Made by a program: the position numbers and the translations under genes
Assembly: GCA_030265395.1 (NCBI GenBank)
Contig: JARFYF010000063.1
Coordinates: 107,360,996 to 107,424,995 of the forward strand
Origin: Rhina ancylostomus
Taxonomy: Eukaryota
Length of the DNA: 64,000 nucleotides
Reading direction: 5' to 3'
In this document: piece after piece, positions 40,111 to 53,759 of the stretch
Layout of the letters: every line of letters begins with the position of its first letter
Position numbering within the stretch: position 1 is the stretch's first letter
The notes under the pieces: model-generated
The model's input: only the letters and a program-made list of their open reading frames with translations
Told to the model about the DNA's origin: nothing
Database searches by the model: none

Positions 40111-41174
40111 GGAAAATAATTGTTGTGGGATTGATATATTTCTGGGCTTCAGCAAATATTTGTCCTACACGTCATTTATAATCCATTCTTGTCACTTCAT
40201 GAAGACTTGTTGACAGTGGGCTTTTTAAAAGAATAGATGTGAGTTTCACCATGTTTATTTTCTTGGTCCAGTTATTTTATGTGCATGCTGATGACAAAGT
40301 GACAAATGAAAAACTATGCTCCAATATTTCTTTACAAAAATGATTCAATTGAATACTACTTCACATGTAAATGATTTGCCATTAAAACCTGTACTTAAAT
40401 CGGAACAGTGTAAGATTTTTGCCTTTACTCACAACAAAGCAGTCCTCAGAAACAGAAGAACATTGGCTTGACATTCTAACATTTTTTTCAGCATTGCTTA
40501 TATGAAAATCGGTTAATCCCGGAGTGAACATCATTGCAACAATCCCACCATTCCAGAAAATTGAGCACCATTTAAGCATCAGATTCATATGAATTAACAT
40601 AATTTCCTCTGCAACATTTCTTTAAAGTGTTGACTTGGGGAATTAGGTCACCTTGCTCTGAGATGTGTTTGTCTTTGGACACTCTCAAAACAACTGTGTT
40701 TTAAAACTATGTTTTAATGGGGCTTCTACCTGAACATGTTCTGTCCTCAGGTTTGGAATCCCACACAGGCAGGCCCTCTCCCTCTCTCTCATCACCTTCC
40801 TCCAACAGTACTGACTTATTCCATAACCTCCTTACCATTCCCCCCATCCCAGAGTCTCACTTCCCAATCACACTGACAGTGGGCCTCACTCTTCAGTTTA
40901 AGCCTTGACTGGACTCTTGGCTAAGGCTGCAATCTACATCCTGAGGCTTCAACTCAACTCCTGAGTTAAATGGAATCAGTAGGAAGGGCCGATTTCCCTG
41001 AGCAGAGACCTCAAANNNNNNNNNNNNNNNNNNNNNNNNNNNNNNNNNNNNNNNNNNNNNNNNNNNNNNNNNNNNNNNNNNNNNNNNNNNNNNNNNNNNN
41101 NNNNNNNNNNNNNNNTTCCCTGAGCAGAGACCTCAAAAACCAGGAAAAATAGACAACGTAATTGGTGGAACAAC

Positions 41175-41430
41175 TAGATGGGGTACAAGGAATAATGTTT
41201 ACATCCAGTGAGTGGTTGTGGTCTGGAACTCACTGCCTGAAAAGGTGTGAGAGGCAGAAACCCCCATCACATTTAATAAAGTACATGGACATGTACCTGA
41301 AGATCCCCAAATTCCAGGGCTGTAGATCCCATGCTAGAAGGTGGGATTAGGTTGAGTAGCTCTTTTGTGACCAGTAAAAACATAGTGGGCTGAATGGCCT
41401 TTTTCTGTACCGTAAATATTCTGTGATTTT
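41175..41430 (+). mobile_element. CR1 LINE 3' end
   Basis: gtggtctggaactcactgcctgaaaaggtg...gggctgaatggcctttttctgtaccgtaa. Confidence 0.8.
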
Positions 41431-42825
41431 ATTCTTCTCTCTGAACCTGTGTCTGGTCTTGTCTTGCCAAAAGTTTTCATTTGCAACCTCTAAAATATCA
41501 GAGCTTCTTGCAGCAGTTATTACTCAACCAAAATGGTCATCTGGATCCTGCTCAAGGTCCTTTAGTTGCATTTCCTAGTGCCAGTAGATTTTTATGCTCT
41601 GCAGTTACAGAATGCTGATTGCTTCTACAATTATAAACCCGTATTTTCTTCTGTTATTTCACATACTCTGTTATCAGTACTGTAAACGGATACAGCATTC
41701 CCTTGAACTTGCCATGATACAGATTCTTTGCTTTCTCTTGTTCCTGTGTTTGCTTTAAAATTGCTGTCAGAGATATACTGTAGCAACATTTCAATAACCT
41801 TGTGAACTCTACTCCTGTGTCAATATAGTCAGAATAAAGGAAGTCTGTGAGCAGCACTTACAGTTCATGATATCATTAATGAAGCACTTCTATGTAGGGA
41901 GTACACTGTGATATTCCCTTTCAACACTTTGCATTGTGTGAGAAGTCAGATTAACAGACCTCCATTAGATTGGACTTTCTGCAATCTCTATTCATAGTTA
42001 AAGGAAGAATGCTTGCTCCAAAAACATAACAGTCTCTGCCAGTATTCCTTTTTAATTTGAGTATTTATAATGTTCTCAGGGCAAAAGTAACCAAAGAGTA
42101 TAAAATATTTAAAAATGAAAAAAAACATTTATGTTTGTACCATGTAATCCTCTGAAATCTTGTATCAGATTGAAAGCACGACTACATCCTCATATGAACT
42201 CAGTCTATAAATAACAACAATCAGCAAAACAATCCCAATTCCCTAAATAGTTTTCCTTTACAAGAGAATTCAGTACAATTAACCAAAGCTGCACTCCAAA
42301 GGCTTGGGTTATAACCTAGGTATTGTGCAGTGTAGTTCTAAATTGGCTGCAATTACAATATTACTGTTATTTTGTCCCTAGGCTAATACTAAGCTTTCTA
42401 CAGCTTCAAACCTGGGGGAACAGACGTTTAAGTCTTTTTAACACTTCAGCTGAATCATAATCCTTTCCTACTGCTCTCTTTCCTTTTCACAAACACTATT
42501 GCTCCCTTGTTTACTCTTAGTTGTGTTCTAACACCAGCTGCCCCTTGGTTAGTGTTGTGTATTAATAGACATTACGCAAAAAACAAACACAAATTTCCAC
42601 AGTATGCAAGTGCCATTCAAAATATAAAATTAATGAACAACTTTCAATCTTTATTACAAGTGCCACCCAGGGCTCAGTGTATCATTACTCTACCCTAGAC
42701 TCAGTGCTGAGTCTAACGTGTAATCACACCTATAGGAAGAATGGCTAAATGTTCCTACATTATAAAGTGGAGGGGGAGAGGAGTAAATGTGTATACTTTA
42801 TATTAGAATACTGTAATGGATGCCA

Positions 42826-43075
42826 GGGTGTTGTGGTAGTGTAGTGGTTAGCGTAATGCTATTACAGCACCAGCGATCGTGGTTCAACTCCCACCGGTGT
42901 CTGTAAGGAGTTTGTATGTTCTCAGCATGACTGCATGGGTTTCCTCCGGGTGCTCCAGTTTCCTCCCATATTCCAATGGGTTAGTAGGTTAACGTGGGTG
43001 TAATTGGGTGTCATGGGCTCATTGGGCCAGGAGGGCCTGTTACCGTGCTGTATAAATAAAGTTTAAAGTTTAAAA
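42826..43075 (+). mobile_element. V-SINE (HE1-like) with CR1-type tail
   Basis: A box tggtagtgtagtggtta, B box ggttcaactccc, V domain gggtttcctccgggtgctccagtttcctccca, tail gggccaggagggcctgttaccgtgctgtataaataaa. Confidence 0.9.
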
Positions 43076-44671
43076 TATGTTACTGCTGAGCATTTACTGT
43101 AGTTTAACTATCTCTTTTCTTCTCTGACTTCCTGTAGTTTCTGACTGCACAATGCTACAATTTACCTGTAATGCTGTCATAAATAAGGTCCATGTGTCTG
43201 AGGCTTCATATGTCCTCAGCAGCCTTTAGGCATGGTAGCAGAGTCAGAAACTATTGACAGACATCTTCTGAAATGAAAAGTGTGATACATTGTAACTGCT
43301 GAAATTATGCTGGACCACCTGGATTCAGAATTGTGACTTTGTAATATTTTAAGAATTATGTTAAAACTATTGACATACAACAGCAGGCTAGAAATGGGGA
43401 CAGAGCTAAGTTTGTCATGTTTGTTCAGGTCAGGAGGGAAGGAAGGAGGAAGTGTGAAACTTAGTGTTAGAAGTGGCAACTTCAACTTCAGATTAGCGGT
43501 ATTTTGCCTTTAAGACCTTTCAGCCATGAGAATACTGTAATGAATGAAGAGTGATATTTTTAGTCACCATAATTTGTGCCACATAAGACCATCTGTGGAT
43601 TGGCCCCCAGGATGCTCACAAATATATATCATGCACATCTCACTGTACAGTTAAGTGGAAGGAAAGGACAGGGTATCATTGTGTCAACTGCTATACTAAG
43701 ATTATTGTAGGAAGACAAGGGAAGATATCAGTCTTCAAGCATTTCCAGCTCACTTCCAGCTCATCTCTTACGACTGAGCTGCAATACACATATGCACAGA
43801 AGTCAAAGGAGAGCTTACCCACAGAGAGCACCTTGCCAATGGCTTTCTGCAGAACCTCTGACAAATGGCAAGAAAATCCTGGGCCTACGTCTGTTCCACT
43901 GGCATGTTTAAGTAAGACAAGCCAAGAGTTCTTCAGACAATTGGACTACAGTACGCTGGAAACTAAACCAGAAAATATAAATTAGATTTAAATCATCCAC
44001 AGAAAACAAACTAAAAATTGAAAAAGACAGATGTGAGTGATTAAGAAAGAGAGAAGTGTAATTTGCTTTTTAAAATCACTTATATTTATGAATTTATGAA
44101 AAATATTTCACATTTGTGAAATAAATGTTCAAAGCCAGAGAATAATTAATGTTTGGTATTATTACTTAGCACAACATTGAAGATCCATCTTTAAGGTCAC
44201 ATGGTGCACTAAACATGAAGGACATTGAATGGCGCTGCAGCAACCCTACTTTCATAAGGGAGATATTTGCATTCAGTTTAGAAGGAATATAGTTCTCAAG
44301 GAGTTAAATGCATCTTAAGGTAGCTCAAGCTTAAATGAATAGGTAGTAATCAAAGGGTAAAACAACCAACACATGCCCCAAGCACAGAACAGATGTTTCT
44401 CAATTAAATTGTCAGATAAATGTATGTTCCTCCAAATGTAAGGTCCTTGACAAAAGCTAATCAATGAACAAGTTATGTCCTATTATGCACAATATGTGAA
44501 GTCTTCATTTAGCTCCTGTCCCCAACTCAATTTGACACTAACTTTGCGTTTCCCCACGATGACTATTTACAACACTATTCATTCATTGAGATGATACCTG
44601 GATATGTTTTATATTCCCAACATCTGTTGTATTTAGTTTTCTTTTTCTGGGTTGGTGAGTAATTACTAATT

Positions 44672-44840
44672 AAAATAGAAAATACTGGAAAATCCTTAGC
44701 AAGTCAGCCAGCATCCCTGGAGAGAGAAATGAAATTAATACATGTGGTTAAGGTAAAGTCTGATACACAATTATTGATCTGAATATTGACCCTGTAGCTT
44801 CACAGACACTGTTCGACCTTCTGAGTATTTTCTACTTTTT
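44672..44840. mobile_element. Older inverted pair of Penelope-type terminal repeats
   Basis: aaatactggaaaatccttagcaagtcagccagcatc versus cacagacactgttcgaccttctgagtattttc. Confidence 0.55.
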
Positions 44841-46519
44841 AATCAAAAACATAATCAACTATTTTTTTAAGAAAGATGAAGGAATTTTGCCATTGGGAAC
44901 AATCAGAGAATATCATCGGTTTGGTGAGCATGGCCTGTGGAGGGAAAATAGAAACCTGCAGCAGTGTAAAAGATCATAATAGACATAAATATAAGTAGCC
45001 CACAGCACTGGGTTTAGAATTCCACAATTGTTGCTGCTGCTTTGGTGGATTCCAGTCAGATCACACTTATTTTACTGCTGTAACAAATGTAACCTCAACC
45101 ACTAATTCTCCGAGGACAGAATTTTAAAAATTGCCTATTTCATCACATCAGTGATGCAATGTTACAGTAAAGTGAGGCATGTGTCCAAAGTATATAGTCT
45201 GGTGTTCATACTAATGCTATTCCTGATAAAAGCAAATTCATGCTCAAGGTCCAAAATTACCTCCCAAAAACAATTGCTAATGTCAAATGATATTGCAAGT
45301 GCAGAGCTGAAACCCATCATTACTACAGCTCCACCTCACCAGGCATCATTGCTCAATTATCGATTGTTATAAAACAAAGCAAAAATTGTAAGAAACATAA
45401 ATAACAATTTATATTGCCATTTTGCCTTTTATGAGGAAAAATGCAATCAAATCAATTCAACAATTGAAAGTAAGAGATATTAGGAGCTTGGTTAAGGAGC
45501 AAAGAATTAAAGAGTATGTTAAAGGAGGAGAGGATTGAAGAGGTGAAGGACTTAAGCAGACATTAGGGTTCAGAGAGATGAAGTCATGGCTACTGAGTGA
45601 AGAGAAGGGAATAACATAAGAGGCCTGTTTCAGAGGTCCACCTTGAGCACTGAACTTGAGCAATTGGATCTATGTAGTTGTTCATTATTGATATTCAAAA
45701 GACTACAACCCAAAATGGAAGAAACTTATTCTCTGCTTTTGAAATCAAAACTTTTCTACTAATGCTGAGGTTCTCCATTAATTGTTGTGAAGAAATACAG
45801 CAGCTTTATCCACACTTGCTGTGAATACCTGTAGGGGAACATCAGAAAGAACCAGACCTTCAGCAGCTCATTTTTCACTTATTTGTTTCATGTGTGGGAC
45901 TTGTCAAAGGAATAGCACAAAATGTCCCAAATGCATTAGATTCCTGAATCTTGTCTCGTATTGGTCTATTGTGAAATGAGTACATGGTGAAAGGGCAATC
46001 AGTTTAACATTTTGTGTGGACTCTCTACCATTGAACTCAAATGGAAAGAAAAATGCAACACGGTGTCAGGTGGGCCAAACAGTTTGCTATGACCCTGTTG
46101 CAACTAATAGAATTAGGGTAAGCCAATCTACTCATAATATGTTTGCTCATGGGATGGGCAAATTGGAGGTTTTAACTGTCTACCATTACATGTTATGACT
46201 GAATAATCAATAACACACAAAAATTACAAATAAGATTGAGTTTTCATAAGGTCATTTATTTGGCCAACCAACCTTTAAAAAGATCCCATTTAAACACTCC
46301 TGCAACTTTAATTTAAGACATTTAAGATAATTAACTCACTTGTTTAGATTTTTCAGTAAGAGAGGGAAGTATCTAATTCATCAATATCGTTTGATAGAAC
46401 AAACCTAGTGTGAGTACATTTTAATACTAATATTAAATGTTATATGGATTAATTGATTTCTGGATTTAACTTCAACATCCCACTAAAGCTGAATGGAATG
46501 CAATGCCACTTCAACAGTT

Positions 46520-47150
46520 AAGAATATCAGGAAATGGGAACAGGAATAGTCCATTCAGCCCTTCCACACCCTCTGTCATTCATTCTGTTGGGTCATGGCT
46601 GATATGTATCTTAATCCCATGTACCTGCTTTCCCTTAACTAGTAAAAGTCAATTAATCTTAAATCAGAATTTCTCAGTTGATCCAGCCTCTGCTGCTTTT
46701 TTTAGTGAAAGGCAGTTTCAGAATTCCATTAATCTTTATCTGAAGATCTGCTTCTTGACATCGCCAAGGATGGCCTAGGTTTAAGACAGCTTAATTATAT
46801 CACCTTTTCACCTTACTTTGTCAATGAATTCAAACCTAGTCCATGTAACCCATTTTTGTATTCTGATCCATTAAGTATAAAGTATTATTCTGGTAAATTT
46901 TTGAGACGTGCCTTCCAAGACCAATATATTCTCACTATAACATTATGTGCAGAACTGAGCACTGTGCTGCAGATGTAGTGTAACCAAAGCTTTACATCAC
47001 TGCACTATAACTTCCACCTCATTGTATTCCAGTCTCTTGTGATGAAGACTAACATTCCATTAGCTTTTCCATTACTTTTATACCTGATCACTAGTTTTTA
47101 GTGATTTCTATAGATGGGACCCTAAATCTTTCTGTTCCTTCTCAGTTCCT
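46520..47150 (-). mobile_element. CR1 LINE 3' region (antisense, decayed)
   Basis: aagaatatcaggaaatgggaacaggaatagtccattcagcc tail; cagaactgagcactgtgctgcagatgtagtgtaaccaaagctttac is antisense to an LYKALVxxHLEYxxQFW-like motif. Confidence 0.75.
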
Positions 47151-47544
47151 TCAAATACATTCATACATCTATCCAAGCCTCTAAAAAGCAATAAATAACT
47201 TAAGGATAGGTTTGATTTCATGAAAAGTGGCCCTTGTAATTCATCTTAATTTAAAGTGAAATTCTGGACAATGAAACATTTTTAGAAACATAAAGGCCTG
47301 ATGTTGTTCAAGGTCATGGAGATGAGGAAAACCATTTGCTGACTATCCTAAAGGTTCAGAATTCAATTGAATCCTAAGTATTCCAGCATTTTCTTGTCCA
47401 CTGTTTTTCCATATATTCTTCTTGCAAAGAAGAATTTCCTGACATTTTTAATCCTAAGATTGCTTTTACTAGTTTGTATCCATGTCCCCTTGTCTTATTC
47501 TACAACATTAGTCCATAATGTCTACGCTTGTTGATTTTTCCCAG

Positions 47545-47920
47545 GATCTCAGTTAAGCAGGACCACAATTTTAAAATTTTCATTCATGTTTTCAAATCTT
47601 TCCATGGCCTTGCACTGCGATGTCTTGCAATCTCCACCACATTTATAACCAATACTCTAAGACAATTATGTTCCTTCATTTTTTTATCATCCCCAGATTT
47701 TATCCCTTTTATCTTTAATGGTTATGCCCTACACTCCCTACCTCTTTTCCTTCTTTTAGGACACCCCTCATAACCTACCTCTTTGACCATGTTTTAGGCT
47801 GTCTGTTTTCATATATTTTTAAGTGTTAATTCTTTNNNNNNNNNNCTTGACAACTCTCCAGTAAACTTCTTTAGGATGATTATTCTATGTTAAAGATGCC
47901 AAGTAAATGAGAACCATTAT
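47545..47920 (+). mobile_element. L2 LINE 3' fragment
   Basis: ttttaaaattttcattcatgttttcaaatctttccatggccttgc (FKIxIxVFKSLHGLA). Confidence 0.65.
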
Positions 47921-50900
47921 TATTGTTACTGTAGTTTGGTACAGTGTCACGCTGTATTAGCCAATTCTACTATTATCCTACACAGGATAATAACCTTCCT
48001 CCTGAATTCATCATTTTCAAAGTTAAAAAAAATCAAAATGTCTTTAGTTCTTCTTCACATTTGTGCCTTTAACACTAGGGATCAACCATGTGACCTTCCT
48101 TTGCCTCCAGCCTCTGAATAACTCCCTGGGATATCAGTTCTTTCATTGTCAGATTTACTCTAATTAATACAAAAGATAAAAGAAACATATCCTTTCAAAA
48201 CCTCCCAATGCAACTCAGCTTGATTTTAAGTTTGTCTTAATTTACTAAATGACTCACCTAAAAAAGATAAAGTTTGATTGCAGTTCACATTGATATGATT
48301 CACATCCCTTGAACAAAAGAAAAATGCTTTCAGAGAGAGTACAAATGGGAGCTTCTTCATTTTATTCCAAGGAAATATCAATAAGAAACATAAGTTGGGA
48401 GTTCTAGTCATGTCTCACTGGATGAGTTATATTAGGTCGAGCTTCCCAAGTTTGAATGTATTAGCTCAGGCCAAATGACTTTGTCCTGTTTAAATCCAGA
48501 CTGAGCTTTATGTTCTTGCAGGGGTTAACATACAATTAAATCAATACTCTTTTAACAGTAGTTCTAAATAATACATTTTTAAGACTTCTACTACAATTAC
48601 ATCATGTATGATGAAACAGAATTTTCTTTTGTTAAATAACCTAACATTTTAAAATGAAAACGCAGATGACCTTCATACTCTTTCAAGTAGGACTGAGAAA
48701 AGAGGTTTTAGGGTGCTCTAACAGGCAGTCTTTCTCTTTCATTACCCATTTACTATTTCCTTTCTTTCTTTCCCATCTATAGCCACTCACACCAGTGCTG
48801 CCAGTTTATGTGCATGGTTTTGAAGGACGAGGTGGGCTGTCAGATTTTCACACTGACTCTCATTGACGACTGATGAAACCTGCCACTCATATATACTNNN
48901 NNNNNNNNNNNNNNNNNNNNNNNNAATTTCATGATAGGTGATCTACAGCCAAAAAACTGTTCAGGTTCCAGATCTCCTAAAATCGTTGTCCATCGTTACT
49001 GCTGGCAGAATTCTCTCTCTGTGAAGAATTATGTAGTAAGAATTACGTTTCACTGCTCTGGAAATGACACTATATGGAGAAATGTGCATTACTCGCTATT
49101 CTTTATAAGGCCTTAAAATTCTTGTATTTAGTATTATCCTATCGACTGGATAAATAGTTACGAATGTGGAATGTGGCAACTTCAAACCATAAACTGATTT
49201 AGCTACCACAGACAGGCTAAGTAAATCCTGTGATGGTGTTTTCACAATATCACTGTTTAAACATAGCATTCATGAAAGAATATACAAATATTTCTTTTAT
49301 ATTTTTCTTTGAAGTTCCAGTCAAAGCAATGTAAAACTTTGATGTTAACAAATTGTTAAATAATTAACACAACATAATTACTCTCCTTTTGCATTTTAAC
49401 AGAATATTTTTGAATTTGTTAAGCATTCCTTAACACATTCCTATATTTTTATTATTGGAAAGGTCCCACTATCCTACATGAACTAATAATAAAATAACTG
49501 TAATGCCTTTTTAATGGTTTTTGACAAATAAATGATCCTAAACCACTGTCTGTTCTCAAGGGTTTAAAATGCTCCTTCATGTTGATAGTACCCCTGATGG
49601 CAGATATGAGTAATCTTTTACTGTACAAAAGAGATTCAAACTTCAGAGATTGAGATACGCAAATCTTATAACACCTACTATAATGATTAAGAAATGAGTA
49701 ATTAATAGGTATAAAAGGTGAATGCAGAACATGATTAAAAGATTTCTCTGCACGGCTGACATTAGGACATCTGTTTCAGCATAAAATAATCATTAATAAA
49801 AGCTAACAAATCTGAACACCAACTCTCAGAGTAAAATAGTAAGCAAGAACAGAAGGAGGTTAAGTACATGTGAAGGGCATAGACTCTACATCAGGGGTGG
49901 AACCAGGGGCCTTTGACCCTAGATTTATTATATAAGTGTGGTCACCATTTCTCAGCCCCTCAAGTAGATTTTTAGATCCTTACAATGTCACCAGAAGATA
50001 AGGAGAGACTAAATGCTTTGCTTAGCATACTAAACTGACTTTGTGATTTGTCGAACTCCACCATCAACCTTAGAAGCCTGTCCCATGCTGATCCATCTTC
50101 TTAACTAGTTGGGTTGCATTTTGAGGCAGAATCAATTCCTGGAACAGTAGTGAAAAGTCAGTAACAAAGCACAAGCACTCAGTCTTCTGAGCAACCCAGT
50201 TGTACTGAGACAGATATTTTATTTTCTGTGTCGTAGAAGAGTATTATCTTCATTCATTTTCTGCACTTTGTACCAGTTTTATGAATATAAAAGCTCACTC
50301 CAATTGACAATTTGTTATTTAGCAATGCTAAAACCTGCACTGATATTTGAATCTAACTTAAAAAATGTGTGAAGATCTAAACAAGGCAGTGTGTTAATTA
50401 CTGATAATATTCATTTGTATAGAACTTCACCTGTATAGGTGGGGCTAAAAGTGATCCACATATCAGGCATCCCATTGGTCAATAAAGGAATATATGAGAC
50501 AAGGTACCTTTCTTTTACAGAGCTTTGCATCTCTTTCATTGATTATATAAGGTTTTATGGCTCGGTGCAGCCTTCTTGAGAAAAAAAATGGAAGCCATGA
50601 GAGCTTAATGCCGCATTCTGAACAAGCCAGGTGCCTAATTCACAATCCTAATTAATATTGTTCAATAATCTGTTGCACAGCATCCACAACAATGCCTCTG
50701 CCTGCTCAGTTTTGCTCCTTCATATAGGCAATATTGTCTGGTTCCACCCAATGCAGTATCATAGTATGTAGTCAGAGACTATGACTCTGCTGACCTATGT
50801 CTCAGGTTTCTGGTTCTACTAAAGGAGGAGAATGAGATGAAGAGCCACCTAATAAGTTCTTGATTAGCTGCCTGAGGAAGAACAGAATGAAGGAATAATC

Positions 50901-51859
50901 TTTCTTTGAAGGAAGGCGATCTTATAAGATAATCAACTGACAATAAACACAGGGCTTATAAGACAGATTTAGAGTGGTATCAGTGAATACACTGAAATAA
51001 GTAGTTTACTTGATGCAGTACAAGGAAGTTCTGGACAATGGCCTCCGTTACTGGAAAATTAGGATGGGTAATTTCATTAAAACATGGACAAATCCAGTCT
51101 CCTGGCTCAATGCAGTAGTGACTGTACTTCAATTGAAAGAGAGATCCAATATTACAAGAGGTGCTTATTTACAAAGATTAAATTAAACCTGGCAGTAACG
51201 TATGTGATTAATTTGTCAGAGGTTTCAACTATTTGATTTATTCTTTCACCCATTGGTATCAAACTGACAGCACTAATTTGGTAACACAGAGCAGGAATGA
51301 CTCTCATTTGTGTTTGCCTTAGCAGTTTTCAATAGATGACCTAGAGTCGGAACAGCCAGCATGTTTAAGGGAAACACAATCAACGCCATTGGTAGTCAGC
51401 TGGCCAGGGTCTAAAGTGAGTGACTGAGTGCCTAAACTGGCCAATTGTTGCTAATTAAACACTGCAGACAAGACACAGAATGGAAAATACAACAGGAAAG
51501 GAAAGATTAATCACTCACTTTGTATATGTGCAGTTTTAACACAAGGTACTCTGTTCCTGTTGCACTCCTTATGTACGGGGGATGTAAGAAAATATTCTTC
51601 AGGAGAATGATAAAACTAGAAGCTGAGCAAAGAGGAAATGGAAAACTGAAAAGGGGACAAAACTGGAGGTGAAATGTGGCTCATGGGGAAAATTTTTTAA
51701 TGGCTTTTCAATGAGAGAAGTGTGGTAAGGTTGGGAGATATGGAAAAAATTCCAAATGTACAGTTTCAATTGCATTAAACCAAAGAACATTTCAACTCAT
51801 TCAGGTAGTTCAGGAGTGTCATAACATTATTGGTATCAACAGAAAAGGTAGAGATGTAA

Positions 51860-52400
51860 AGTTAGATGTCATGGTCAAACTCTGCCTGGAGTATTTCATT
51901 CAGTGTTGGACAACAAACCTTGAGAAAGATATATTGGCCTTGTTTCACTTGCATGAAAGGTGGATTTAGAGCATTGAATAATGAGGACAGATTGCATTAA
52001 GTTGGCATGTATTCCCTTGAGTTTAGGTAGTTGAGAGGTGATCTTGTTAAGGTATTTAAATAAGGGATTCAATAGGGTGTATGCAGATAAACTATCTCCT
52101 CTGGTGATGGAGCACAATCATTTAATTACAGTGAGGCCACTTTGGAGTGATATTAGGAAGTACATTTTCACACACTGCAGTAGAGATTGGAAACTTTCTC
52201 CCACAGAAGTCTGAAAATGCTGGATCAATTTAAAACTTCAAGAATGAGATTGATAGATTTCTGTGAGGTAAGAATATCAAGGGATATTGGACAAAGGCAG
52301 GTAAATGCAGCTGAGGGACAGGTCAGCTATGATCTAATTGAGTGGTGAAATTGGCTTGAGGGTTTGAATGACTTTCTCCTGTTCCAATGTTTCTATGTTG
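51860..52400 (+). mobile_element. CR1 LINE 3' end
   Basis: ctggagtatttcattcagtgttgg (LEYCVQFW-like), gttgagaggtgatcttgtt (LRGDL), tail ttctcctgttccaatgtttctatg. Confidence 0.8.
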
Positions 52401-53759
52401 CTTTGCTAATCAGCATACAGGCAAAAGGTGTAAAGAGAAATGGAACGGTGTGGAAAAAACTTGGTTGACAAGCAGAAGACAAAAAAGTTTCAGGTTTGAC
52501 CAAGGAAAGATGTGGAGTTTTATGAGATTAATCTTGATCCTGCTTATTAGATAGTAGTCTGAAACACCCAGGACCTTCAAATACTTTTAATTCTTCCTGG
52601 TCCAATGTATTAGAACCAACTGTAGCTGGGTAAGCATAGTGCACATACGAAGAAAGCCTGTGCTGTTGACGTACACACAAATGTGTACACAAACCTACAA
52701 AGTATCAAAATGTGTCTGTAACACTGTTATATAATTTAAGAATGTTCTGTCTAGTAAAGTAGACAGGGCAACTTGCCAGAATGTGGGGAAATTTCATAGC
52801 GGTTAATGATTTGTTAGAAATGAAAATACCTATCATTTCAAATTTCATGTTTACTATAAATGAACCAAGCTATTCCACTGTCATTCAAAAATTATCTTGA
52901 ATTGCAAAATGAACCAGTCGCTTCTTTGATGCTTTTTGTTTGCTCAAATTGATTGCCATCTACAGATGATATTAGAGAGACAAAGAATTGCTCCAGCAGA
53001 GAAGGAGGTCATTCAATCCATCGGGTCTATGCCATCTGCTAGAACAGCAATCCTGATAGCCCCATTCTCCTGCACTTTATTCACACCTTGCACTAGTTTA
53101 TATCTAATTCTCTTTTGAATGTCCTGATTTGCTCTGTTTCTACTATATAATTAGAATAAAGAATTCAAAGAACATTGTACATGTTCCATTTTCTAATTGT
53201 TCTACCTGATTGTGCTGAAAATAATTTCTATTTTTAAGTCCTGATCAAAACTACATGAAGGCCTGTTTCACCATATAAAACCAGATCAGGGTTATGAAAA
53301 TAATATTAGATATCTGGACCCTACTGGGTCACTCCATTTGAAAGCACCTGGAGTTCTGATTTCTTCCTTTTGTCCCACAACTGAGTCGTGCTCAGTGTGT
53401 GGCAGTATGAGACTGGGAGGCAATGATCCAGTGTTGTCTCTTGCCGTGAACTGAGCCTTTAACAGGATTGGATAAGATACACTGGAGGTGAATTCAAAAC
53501 AACATTTTAAATAGGTAGGAGGGGTTGAATTAGCACGTTCATGTATTTGATAACAATCCAAATGACATGTATGCACATCACTTATGCAATTGTCTGAAAC
53601 AGCAGCTGCAAAACTGTGATATTTAAATAAATGATTAATTTCCTGATAATTGGGGACTCGGGCATTGTTTCAAAGATGGTGTGACACAGACTCAAATAGC
53701 AGAGCTTCTTTACACTGAAATATTAATTATTTGAAAACCAATAGTTTCAGCTTCAGACA

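Noticed and set aside
40994-41137. 22-bp direct repeat ttccctgagcagagacctcaaa on both sides of a gap, resembling a target-site duplication or CRISPR repeat
   Set aside because: It flanks exactly 100 Ns, typical of an unmerged contig overlap
42826-42900. tRNA-like A and B boxes (also at 7918, 9940 and 30506)
   Set aside because: They continue directly into the V domain, so they are SINE heads rather than tRNA genes
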